A DNA stretch of 64,000 bases from Auanema rhodensis (taxonomy: Eukaryota; Animalia; Nematoda), in contig OZ059897.1 of NCBI GenBank assembly GCA_964057225.1, forward strand, positions 21,886,001 to 21,950,000, written 5' to 3'. The notes below the pieces were generated by a model. The model was not told where the DNA came from, searched no databases, and was given only the letters and a program-made list of their open reading frames with translations. Positions 1 to 12,497 of this stretch are shown piece by piece. Numbering within the stretch: the stretch's first letter is position 1; each line of letters starts with the position of its first letter. A program made the translations under genes and the position numbers.

Positions 1-176
1 TAGTCTAAAAACAAATTTTTATTGATATTGGTTCATGGTAACCATGACTTTGAAATTTACGTGAACTTTAATTTATGCTAATTAAATGTACACGTGATGT
101 GCACTTGGTATGTAACTCGCTTCACGTGAAAGATAAAGAGATGCGGTTTTCAAAATTAGATTCCCCATGTCCATAT
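1..176 (+). repeat. Reference monomer (equals the consensus, T33 allele)
   Basis: First full period. Contains GGTAACC (37-43), TGTACA (87-92), CACGTG (91-96 and 123-128) and GTGCAC (99-104). Confidence 0.98.
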
Positions 177-3100
177 TAGTCTAAAAACAAATTTTTATTG
201 ATATTGGTTCATGGTAACCATGACTTTGAAATTTACGTGAACTTTAATTTATGCTAATTAAATGTACACGTGATGTGCACTTGGTATGTAAATCGCTTCA
301 CGTGAAAGATAAAGAGATGCGGTTTTCAAAATTAGATTCCACATCTCCATATTAGTCTAAAAACAAATTTTTATTGATATTGGTGCATGGTAACCATGAC
401 TTTGAAATTTACGTGAACTTTAATTTATGCTAATTAAATGTACACGTGATGTGCACTTGGTATGTAACTCGCTTCATGTGAAAGATAAAGAGATGCGGTT
501 TTCAAAATTAGGTTCCCCATGTCCATATTAGTCTAAAAACAAATTTTTATTGATATTGGTTCATGGTAACCATGACTTTGAAATTTACGTGAACTTTAAT
601 TTATGCTAATTAAATGTACACGTGATGTGCACTTGGTATGTAACTCGCTTCACGTGAAAGATAAAGAGATGCGGTTTTCAAAATTAGATTCCCCATGTCC
701 ATATTAGTCTAAAAACAAATTTTTATTGATATTGGTGCATGGTAACCATGACTTTGAAATTTACGTGAACTTTAATTCATGCTAATTAAATGTACACGTG
801 ATGTGCACTTGGTATGTAACTCGCTTCACGTAAAAGATAAAGAGATGCGGTTTTCAAAATTAGATTCCCCATGTCCATATTAGTCTAAAAACAAATTTTT
901 ATTGATATTGGTGCATGGTAACCATGACTTTGAAATTTACGTGTACTTTAATTTATGCTAATTAAATGTACACGTGATGTGCACTTGGTATGTAACTCGC
1001 TTCACGTGAAAGATAAAGAGATGCGGTTTTCAAAATTAGATTCCCCAAGTCCATATTAGTCTAAAAACAAATTTTTATTGATATTGGTTCATGGTAACCA
1101 TGACTTTGAAATTTACGTGAACTTTAATTTATGCTAATTAAATGTACACGTGATGTGCACTTGGTATGTAACTCGCTTCACGTGAAAGATAAAGAGATGC
1201 GGTTTTCAAAATTAGATTCCCCATGTCCATATTAGTCTAAAAACAAATTTTTATTGATATTGGTTCATGGTAACCATGACTTTGAAATTTACGTGAACTT
1301 TAATTTATGCTAATTAAATGTACACGTGATGTGCACTTGGTATGTAAATCGCTTCACGTGAAAGATAAAGAGATGCGGTTTTCAAAATTAGATTCCACAT
1401 CTCCATATTAGTCTAAAAACAAATTTTTATTGATATTGGTGCATGGTAACCATGACTTTGAAATTTACGTGTACTTTAATTTATGCTAATTAAATGTACA
1501 CGTGATGTGCACTTGGTATGTAACTCGCTTCACGTGAAAGATAGAGAGATGCGGTTTTCAAAATTAGATTCCCCAAGTCCATATTAGTCTAAAAACAAAT
1601 TTTTATTGATATTGGTTCATGGTAACCATGACTTTGAAATTTACGTGAACTTTAATTTATGCTAATTAAATGTACACGTGATGTGCACTTGGTATGTAAC
1701 TCGCTTCACGTGAAAGATAAAGAGATGCGGTTTTCAAAATTAGATTCCCCATGTCCATATTAGTCTAAAAACAAATTTTTATTGATATTGGTTCATGGTA
1801 ACCATGACTTTGAAATTTACGTGAACTTTAATTTATGCTAATTAAATGTACACGTGATGTGCACTTGGTATGTAAATCGCTTCACGTGAAAGATAAAGAG
1901 ATGCGGTTTTCAAAATTAGATTCCACATCTCCATATTAGTCTAAAAACAAATTTTTATTGATATTGGTGCATGGTAACCATGACTTTGAAATTTACGTGA
2001 ACTTTAATTTATGCTAATTAAATGTACACGTGATGTGCACTTGGTATGTAACTCGCTTCATGTGAAAGATAAAGAGATGCGGTTTTCAAAATTAGGTTCC
2101 CCATGTCCATATTAGTCTAAAAACAAATTTTTATTGATATTGGTTCATGGTAACCATGACTTTGAAATTTACGTGAACTTTAATTTATGCTAATTAAATG
2201 TACACGTGATGTGCACTTGGTATGTAACTCGCTTCACGTGAAAGATAAAGAGATGCGGTTTTCAAAATTAGATTCCCCATGTCCATATTAGTCTAAAAAC
2301 AAATTTTTATTGATATTGGTGCATGGTAACCATGACTTTGAAATTTACGTGAACTTTAATTCATGCTAATTAAATGTACACGTGATGTGCACTTGGTATG
2401 TAACTCGCTTCACGTAAAAGATAAAGAGATGCGGTTTTCAAAATTAGATTTCCCATGTCCATATTAGTCTAAAAACAAATTTTTATTGATATTGGTGCAT
2501 GGTAACCATGACTTTGAAATTTACGTGTACTTTAATTTATGCTAATTAAATGTACACGTGATGTGCACTTGGTATGTAACTCGCTTCACGTGAAAGATAA
2601 AGAGATGCGGTTTTCAAAATTAGATTCCCCAAGTCCATATTAGTCTAAAAACAAATTTTTATTGATATTGGTTCATGGTAACCATGACTTTGAAATTTAC
2701 GTGAACTTTAATTTATGCTAATTAAATGTACACGTGATGTGCACTTGGTATGTAACTCGCTTCACGTGAAAGATAAAGAGATGCGGTTTTCAAAATTAGA
2801 TTCCCCATGTCCATATTAGTCTAAAAACAAATTTTTATTGATATTGGTTCATGGTAACCATGACTTTGAAATTTACGTGAACTTTAATTTATGCTAATTA
2901 AATGTACACGTGATGTGCACTTGGTATGTAAATCGCTTCACGTGAAAGATAAAGAGATGCGGTTTTCAAAATTAGATTCCACATCTCCATATTAGTCTAA
3001 AAACAAATTTTTATTGATATTGGTTCATGGTAACCATGACTTTGAAATTTACGTGAACTTTAATTTATGCTAATTAAATGTACACGTGATGTGCACTTGG

Positions 3101-6100
3101 TATGTAACTCGCTTCACGTGAAAGATAAAGAGATGCGGTTTTCAAAATTAGATTCCCCATGTCCATATTAGTCTAAAAACAAATTTTTATTGATATTGGT
3201 GCATGGTAACCATGACTTTGAAATTTACGTGAACTTTAATTTATGCTAATTAAATGTACACGTGATGTGCACTTGGTATGTAACTCGCTTCACGTGAAAG
3301 ATAAAGAGATGCGGTTTTCAAAATTAGATTCCCCATGTCCATATTAGTCTAAAAACAAATTTTTATTGATATTGGTGCATGGTAACCATGACTTTGAAAT
3401 TTACGTGAACTTTAATTTATGCTAATTAAATGTACACGTGATGTGCACTTGGTATGTAACTCGCTTCACGTGAAAGATAAAGAGATGCGGTTTTCAAAAT
3501 TAGATTCCCCATGTCCATATTAGTCTAAAAACAAATTTTTATTGATATTGGTGCATGGTAACCATGACTTTGAAATTTACGTGAACTTTAATTCATGCTA
3601 ATTAAATGTACACGTGATGTGCACTTGGTATGTAACTCGCTTCACGTGAAAGATAAAGAGATGCGGTTCTCAAAATTAGATTCCCCATGTCCATATTAGT
3701 CTAAAAACAAATTTTTATTGATATTGGTGCATGGTAACCATGACTTTGAAATTTACGTGAACTTTAATTCATGCTAATTAAATGTACACGTGATGTGCAC
3801 TTGGTATGTAACTCGCTTCACGTGAAAGATAAAGAGATGCGGTTTTCAAAATTAGATTTCCCAAGTCCATATTAGTCTAAAAACAAATTTTTATTGATAT
3901 TGGTTCATGGTAACCATGACTTTGAAATTTACGTGAACTTTAATTTATGCTAATTAAATGTACACGTGATGTGCACTTGGTATGTAACTCGCTTCACGTG
4001 AAAGATAAAGAGATGCGGTTTTCAAAATTAGATTCCCCATGTCCATATTAGTCTAAAAACAAATTTTTATTGATATTGGTTCATGGTAACCATGACTTTG
4101 AAATTTACGTGAACTTTGATTTATGCTAATTAAATGTACACGTGATGTGCACTTGGTATGTAACTCGCTTCACGTGAAAGATAAAGAGATGCGGTTTTCA
4201 AAATTAGATTCCCCATGTCCATATTAGTCTAAAAACAAATTTTTATTGATATTGGTGCATGGTAACCATGACTTTGAAATTTACGTGAACTTTAATTTAT
4301 GCTAATTAAATGTACACGTGATGTGCACTTGGTATGTAACTCGCTTCACGTGAAAGATAAAGAGATGCGGTTTTCAAAATTAGATTCCCCATGTCCATAT
4401 TAGTCTAAAAACAAATTTTTATTGATATTGGTTCATGGTAACCATGACTTTGAAATTTACGTGAACTTTGATTTATGCTAATTAAATGTACACGTGATGT
4501 GCACTTGGTATGTAACTCGCTTCACGTGAAAGATAAAGAGATGCGGTTTTCAAAATTAGATTCCCCATGTCCATATTAGTCTAAAAACAAATTTTTATTG
4601 ATATTGGTGCATGGTAACCATAACTTTGAAATTTACGTGAACTTTAATTTATGCTAATTAAATGTACACGTGATGTGCACTTGGTATGTAACTCGCTTCA
4701 CGTGAAAGATAAAGAGATGCGGTTTTCAAAATTAGATTCCCCATGTCCATATTAGTCTAAAAACAAATTTTTATTGATATTGGTGCATGGTAACCATAAC
4801 TTTGAAATTTACGTGAACTTTAATTTATGCTAATTAAATGTACACGTGATGTGCACTTGGTATGTAACTCGCTTCACGTGAAAGATAAAGAGATGCGGTT
4901 TTCAAAATTAGATTCCTCATGTCCATATTAGTCTAAAAACAAATTTTTATTGATATTGGTTCATGGTAACCATGACTTTGAAATTTACGTGAACTTTAAT
5001 TTATGCTAATTAAATGTACACGTGATGTGCACTTGGTATGTAAATCGCTTCACGTGAAAGATAAAGAGATGCGGTTTTCAAAATTAGATTCCACATCTCC
5101 ATATTAGTCTAAAAACAAATTTTTATTGATATTGGTGCATGGTAACCATGACTTTGAAATTTACGTGTACTTTAATTTATGCTAATTAAATGTACACGTG
5201 ATGTGCACTTGGTATGTAACTCGCTTCACGTGAAAGATAAAGAGATGCGGTTTTCAAAATTAGATTCCCCATGTCCATATTAGTCTAAAAACAAATTTTT
5301 ATTGATATTGGTGCATGGTAACCATGACTTTGAAATTTACGTGAACTTTAATTTATGCTAATTAAATGTACACGTGATGTGCACTTGGTATGTAACTCGC
5401 TTCACGTGAAAGATAAAGAGATGCGGTTTTCAAAGTTAGATTCCCCATGTCCATATTAGTCTAAAAACAAATTTTTATTGATATTGGTGCATGGTAACCA
5501 TGACTTTGAAATTTACGTGAACTTTAATTTATGCTAATTAAATGTACACGTGATGTGCACTTGGTATGTAACTCGCTTCACGTGAAAGATAAAGAGATGC
5601 GGTTTTCAAAATTAGATTCCCCATGTCCATATTAGTCTAAAAACAAATTTTTATTGATATTGGTGCATGGTAACCATGACTTTGAAATTTACGTGAACTT
5701 TAATTCATGCTAATTAAATGTACACGTGATGTGCACTTGGTATGTAACTCGCTTCACGTAAAAGATAAAGAGATGCGGTTTTCAAAATTAGATTCCCCAT
5801 GTCCATATTAGTCTAAAAACAAATTTTTATTGATATTGGTGCATGGTAACCATGACTTTGAAATTTACGTGTACTTTAATTTATGCTAATTAAATGTACA
5901 CGTGATGTGCACTTGGTATGTAACTCGCTTCACGTGAAAGATAAAGAGATGCGGTTTTCAAAATTAAATTCCCCAAGTCCATATTAGTCTAAAAACAAAT
6001 TTTTATTGATATTGGTTCATGGTAACCATGACTTTGAAATTTACGTGAACTTTAATTTATGCTAATTAAATGTACACGTGATGTGCACTTGGTATGTAAC

Positions 6101-8096
6101 TCGCTTCACGTGAAAGATAAAGAGATGCGGTTTTCAAAATTAGATTCCCCATGTCCATATTAGTCTAAAAACAAATTTTTATTGATATTGGTTCATGGTA
6201 ACCATGACTTTGAAATTTACGTGAACTTTAATTTATGCTAATTAAATGTACATGTGATGTGCACTTGGTATGTAAATCGCTTCACGTGAAAGATAAAGAG
6301 ATGCGGTTTTCAAAATTAGATTCCACATCTCCATATTAGTCTAAAAACAAATTTTTATTGATATTGGTGCATGGTAACCATGACTTTGAAATTTACGTGA
6401 ACTTTAATTTATGCTAATTAAATGTACACGTGATGTGCACTTGGTATGTAACTCGCTTCATGTGAAAGATAAAGAGATGCGGTTTTCAAAATTAGGTTCC
6501 CCATGTCCATATTAGTCTAAAAACAAATTTTTATTGATATTGGTTCATGGTAACCATGACTTTGAAATTTACGTGAACTTTAATTTATGCTAATTAAATG
6601 TACACGTGATGTGCACTTGGTATGTAACTCGCTTCACGTGAAAGATAAAGAGATGCGGTTTCCAAAATTAGATTCCCCATGTCCATATTAGTCTAAAAAC
6701 AAATTTTTATTGATATTGGTGCATGGTAACCATGACTTTGAAATTTACGTGAACTTTAATTTATGCTAATTAAATGTACACGTGATGTGCACTTGGTATG
6801 TAACTCGCTTCACGTGAAAGATAAAGAGATGCGGTTTTCAAAATTAGATTCCCCATGTCCATATTAGTCTAAAAACAAATTTTTATTGATATTGGTGCAT
6901 GGTAACCATGACTTTGAAATTTACGTGAACTTTAATTTATGCTAATTAAATGTGCACGTGATGTGCACTTGGTATGTAACTCGCTTCACGTGAAAGATAA
7001 AGAGATGCGGTTTTCAAAATTAGATTCCCCATGTCCATATTAGTCTAAAAACAAATTTTTATTGATATTGGTGCATGGTAACCATGACTTTGAAATTTAC
7101 GTGAACTTTAATTCATGCTAATTAAATGTACACGTGATGTGCACTTGGTATGTAACTCGCTTCACGTGAAAGATAAAGAGATGCGGTTTTCAAAATTAGA
7201 TTCCCCATGTCCATATTAGTCTAAAAACAAATTTTTATTGATATTGGTGCATGGTAACCATGACTTTGAAATTTACGTGTACTTTAATTTATGCTAATTA
7301 AATGTACACGTGATGTGCACTTGGTATGTAACTCGCTTCACATGAAAGATAAAGAGATGCGGTTTTCAAAATTAGATTCCCCAAGTCCATATTAGTCTAA
7401 AAACAAATTTTTATTGTAATTGGTTCATGGTAACCATGACTTTGAAATTTACGTGAACTTTAATTTATGCTAATTAAATGTACACGTGATGTGCACTTGG
7501 TATGTAACTCGCTTCACGTGAAAGATAAAGAGATGCGGTTCTCAAAATTAGATTCCCCATGTCCATATTAGTCTAAAAACAAATTTTTATTGATATTGGT
7601 GCATGGTAACCATGACTTTGAAATTTACGTGAACTTTAATTTATGCTAATTAAATGTACACGTGATGTGCACTTGGTATGTAACTCGCTTCACGTGAAAG
7701 ATAAAGAGATGCGGTTTTCAAAATTAGATTCCCCATGTCCATATTAGTCTAAAAACAAATTTTTATTGATATTGGTGCATGGTAACCATGACTTTGAAAT
7801 TTACGTGAACTTTAATTCATGCTAATTAAATGTACACGTGATGTGCACTTGGTATGTAACTCGCTTCACGTAAAAGATAAAGAGATGCGGTTTTCAAAAT
7901 TAGATTCCCCATGTCCATATTAGTCTAAAAACAAATTTTTATTGATATTGGTGCATGGTAACCATGACTTTGAAATTTACGTGTACTTTAATTTATGCTA
8001 ATTAAATGTACACGTGATGTGCACTTGGTATGTAACTCGCTTCACGTGAAAGATAAAGAGATGCGGTTTTCAAAATTAGATTTCCCAAGTCCATAT

Positions 8097-8273
8097 TAGT
8101 CTAAAAACAAATTTTTATTGATATTGGTTCATGGTAACCATGACTTTGAAATTTACGTGAACTTTAATTTATGCTAATTAAATGTACACGTGATGTGCAC
8201 TTGGTATGTAACTCGCTTTTTGTGCACTTGGTATGTAACTCGGTTTTCAAAATTAGATTCCCCATGTCCATAT
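8097..8273 (+). other. Rearranged 177-bp monomer: deletion of p123-143 with a templated direct-repeat insertion
   Basis: 8221-8242 TGTGCACTTGGTATGTAACTCG is an exact copy of 8194-8215. The normal CACGTGAAAGATAAAGAGATG is missing. Confidence 0.95.
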
Positions 8274-10385
8274 TAGTCTAAAAACAAATTTTTATTGATA
8301 TTGGTGCATGGTAACCATAACTTTGAAATTTACGTGAACTTTAATTTATGCTAATTAAATGTACACGTGATGTGCACTTGGTATGTAACTCGCTTCACGT
8401 GAAAGATAAAGAGATGCGGTTTTCAAAATTAGATTTCTCATGTCCATATTAGTCTAAAAACAAATTTTTATTGATATTGGTTCATGGTAACCATGACTTT
8501 GAAATTTACGTGAACTTTAATTTATGCTAATTAAATGTACACGTGATGTGCACTTGGTATGTAAATCGCTTCACGTGAAAGATAAAGAGATGCGGTTTTC
8601 AAAATTAGATTCCACATCTCCATATTAGTCTAAAAACAAATTTTTATTGATATTGGTGCATGGTAACCATGACTTTGAAATTTACGTGAACTTTAATTTA
8701 TGCTAATTAAATGTACACGTGATGTGCACTTGGTATGTAACTCGCTTCAAGTGAAAGATAAAGAGATGCGGTTTTCAAAATTAGATTCCCCATGTCCATA
8801 TTAGTCTAAAAACAAATTTTTATTGATATTGGTGCATGGTAACCATGACTTTGAAATTTACGTGAACTTTAATTTATGCTAATTAAATGTACACGTGATG
8901 TGCACTTGGTATGTAACTCGCTTCACGTGAAAGATAAAGAGATGCGGTTTTCAAAATTAGATTCCCCATGTCCATATTAGTCTAAAAACAAATTTTTATT
9001 GATATTGGTGCATGGTAACCATGACTTTGAAATTTACGTGAACTTTAATTCATGCTAATTAAATGTACACGTGATGTGCACTTGGTATGTAACTCGCTTC
9101 ACGTAAAAGATAAAGAGATGCGGTTTTCAAAATTAGATTCCCCATGTCCATATTAGTCTAAAAACAAATTTTTATTGATATTGGTGCATGGTAACCATGA
9201 CTTTGAAATTTACGTGAACTTTAATTTATGCTAATTAAATGTACACGTGATGTGCACTTGGTATGTAACTCGCTTCACGTGAAAGATAAAGAGATGCGGT
9301 TTTCAAAGTTAGATTCCCCATGTCCATATTAGTCTAAAAACAAATTTTTATTGATATTGGTGCATGGTAACCATGACTTTGAAATTTACGTGAACTTTAA
9401 TTTATGCTAATTAAATGTACACGTGATGTGCACTTGGTATGTAACTCGCTTCACGTGAAAGATAAAGAGATGCGGTTTTCAAAATTAGATTCCCCATGTC
9501 CATATTAGTCTAAAAACAAATTTTTATTGATATTGGTGCATGGTAACCATGACTTTGAAATTTACGTGAACTTTAATTCATGCTAATTAAATGTACACGT
9601 GATGTGCACTTGATATGTAACTCGCTTCACGTAAAAGATAAAGAGATGCGGTTTTCAAAATTAGATTCCCCATGTCCATATTAGTCTAAAAACAAATTTT
9701 TATTGATATTGGTGCATGGTAACCATGACTTTGAAATTTACGTGAACTTTAATTCATGCTAATTAAATGTACACGTGATGTGCACTTGGTATGTAACTCG
9801 CTTCACGTAAAAGATAAAGAGATGCGGTTTTCAAAATTAGATTCCCCATGTCCATATTAGTCTAAAAACAAATTTTTATTGATATTGGTGCATGGTAACC
9901 ATGACTTTGAAATTTACGTGAACTTTAATTTATGCTAATTAAATGTACACGTGATGTGCACTTGGTATGTAAATCGCTTCACGTGAAAGATAAAGAGATG
10001 CGGTTTTCAAAGTTAGATTCCCCATGTCCATATTAGTCTAAAAACAAATTTTTATTGATATTGGTGCATGGTAACCATGACTTTGAAATTTACGTGAACT
10101 TTAATTCATGCTAATTAAATGTACACGTGATGTGCACTTGGTATGTAACTCGCTTCACGTGAAAGATAAAGAGATGCGGTTCTCAAAATTAGATTCCCCA
10201 TGTCCATATTAGTCTAAAAACAAATTTTTATTGATATTGGTGCATGGTAACCATGACTTTGAAATTTACGTGAACTTTAATTCATGCTAATTAAATGTAC
10301 ACGTGATGTGCACTTGGTATGTAACTCGCTTCACGTAAAAGATAAAGAGATGCGGTTTTCAAAATTAGATTCCCCATGTCCATAT

Positions 10386-12497
10386 TAGTCTAAAAACAAA
10401 TTTTTATTGATATTGGTGCATGGTAACCATGACTTTGAAATTTACGTGAACTTTAATTTATGCTAATTAAATGTACACGTGATGTGCACTTGGTATGTAA
10501 CTCGCTTCACGTGAAAGATAAAGAGATGCGGTTTTCAAAGTTAGATTCCCCATGTCCATATTAGTCTAAAAACAAATTTTTATTGATATTGGTGCATGGT
10601 AACCATGACTTTGAAATTTACGTGAACTTTAATTTATGCTAATTAAATGTACACGTGATGTGCACTTGGTATGTAACTCGCTTCACGTGAAAGATAAAGA
10701 GATGCGGTTTTCAAAATTAGATTCCCCATGTCCATATTAGTCTAAAAACAAATTTTTATTGATATTGGTGCATGGTAACCATGACTTTGAAATTTACGTG
10801 AACTTTAATTCATGCTAATTAAATGTACACGTGATGTGCACTTGGTATGTAACTCGCTTCACGTAAAAGATAAAGAGATGCGGTTTTCAAAATTAGATTC
10901 CCCATGTCCATATTAGTCTAAAAACAAATTTTTATTGATATTGGTGCATGGTAACCATGACTTTGAAATTTACGTGTACTTTAATTTATGCTAATTAAAT
11001 GTACACGTGATGTGCACTTGGTATGTAACTCGCTTCACGTGAAAGATAAAGAGATGCGGTTTTCAAAATTAGATTCCCCAAGTCCATATTAGTCTAAAAA
11101 CAAATTTTTATTGATATTGGTTCATGGTAACCATGACTTTGAAATTTACGTGAACTTTAATTTATGCTAATTAAATGTACACGTGATGTGCACTTGGTAT
11201 GTAACTCGCTTCACGTGAAAGATAAAGAGATGCGGTTTTCAAAATTAGATTCCCCATGTCCATATTAGTCTAAAAACAAATTTTTATTGATATTGGTTCA
11301 TGGTAACCATGACTTTGAAATTTACGTGAACTTTAATTTATGCTAATTAAATGTACACGTGATGTGCACTTGGTATGTAAATCGCTTCACGTGAAAGATA
11401 AAGAGATGCGGTTTTCAAAATTAGATTCCACATCTCCATATTAGTCTAAAAACAAATTTTTATTGATATTGGTGCATGGTAACCATGACTTTGAAATTTA
11501 CGTGAACTTTAATTTATGCTAATTAAATGTACACGTGATGTGCACTTGGTATGTAACTCGCTTCACGTGAAAGATAAAGAGATGCGGTTTTCAAAGTTAG
11601 ATTCCCCATGTCCATATTAGTCTAAAAACAAATTTTTATTGATATTGGTGCATGGTAACCATGACTTTGAAATTTACGTGAACTTTAATTTATGCTAATT
11701 AAATGTACACGTGATGTGCACTTGGTATGTAACTCGCTTCACGTGAAAGATAAAGAGATGCGGTTTTCAAAATTAGATTCCCCATGTCCATATTAGTCTA
11801 AAAACAAATTTTTATTGATATTGGTGCATGGTAACCATGACTTTGAAATTTACGTGAACTTTAATTCATGCTAATTAAATGTACACGTGATGTGCACTTG
11901 GTATGTAACTCGCTTCACGTAAAAGATAAAGAGATGCGGTTTTCAAAATTAGATTCCCCATGTCCATATTAGTCTAAAAACAAATTTTTATTGATATTGG
12001 TGCATGGTAACCATGACTTTGAAATTTACGTGTACTTTAATTTATGCTAATTAAATGTACACGTGATGTGCACTTGGTATGTAACTCGCTTCACGTGAAA
12101 GATAAAGAGATGCGGTTTTCAAAATTAGATTCCCCAAGTCCATATTAGTCTAAAAACAAATTTTTATTGATATTGGTTCATGGTAACCATGACTTTGAAA
12201 TTTACGTGAACTTTAATTTATGCTAATTAAATGTACACGTGATGTGCACTTGGTATGTAACTCGCTTCACGTGAAAGATAAAGAGATGCGGTTTTCAAAA
12301 TTAGATTCCCCATGTCCATATTAGTCTAAAAACAAATTTTTATTGATATTGGTTCATGGTAACCATGACTTTGAAATTTACGTGAACTTTAATTTATGCT
12401 AATTAAATGTACACGTGATGTGCACTTGGTATGTAAATCGCTTCACGTGAAAGATAAAGAGATGCGGTTTTCAAAATTAGATTCCACATCTCCATAT
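10386..12497 (+). repeat. Tandem 6-monomer higher-order repeat x2 (1056-bp period)
   Basis: The order A155G / plain G33 / T74C+G128A / A64T+T168A / plain T33 / C116A+CCACATCT repeats at 10386 and 11442. Confidence 0.85.

Noticed and set aside
30-43. RFX X-box-like site (CATGGTAAC)
   Set aside because: Only one half-site matches. The other half deviates from GTTGCC and contains the most polymorphic position (p33).
1-98. Yeast-type point centromere (CDEI match followed by AT-rich DNA on the minus strand)
   Set aside because: No 80-bp, >90% AT CDEII and no CDEIII, and the tandem organisation is incompatible.
114-150. CENP-B box
   Set aside because: No match to the TTCG-N4-A-N2-CGGG core on either strand.
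82-174. 30-codon minus-strand ORF (MDMGNLILKTASLYLSREASYIPSAHHVYI*)
   Set aside because: Short, no recognisable motif, frameshifted in the 177-bp monomers, and no evidence of expression.
1-176. Identity with known satellites of similar length (Brassica CentBr, Arabidopsis CEN178, alpha satellite, honeybee AluI)
   Set aside because: Only the length is similar. I recognise no sequence match, and the consensus has no HindIII or AluI site (AAGCTT appears only in a domain B variant). A database search is needed.
1-176. 5S rDNA, tRNA, snRNA or spliced-leader gene tandem array
   Set aside because: No recognisable 5S, tRNA cloverleaf or spliced-leader sequence, and no Pol III A/B/C boxes. A covariance-model search would be definitive.
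75-179. 34-codon ORF in each monomer (MLIKCTRDVHLVCNSLHVKDKEMRFSKLDSPCPY*)
   Set aside because: Common amplified variants create stops (T157A gives TAA, C118A gives TAG, C151G gives TGA) and G112>TT shifts the frame. There is no recognisable homology and the length is within chance.
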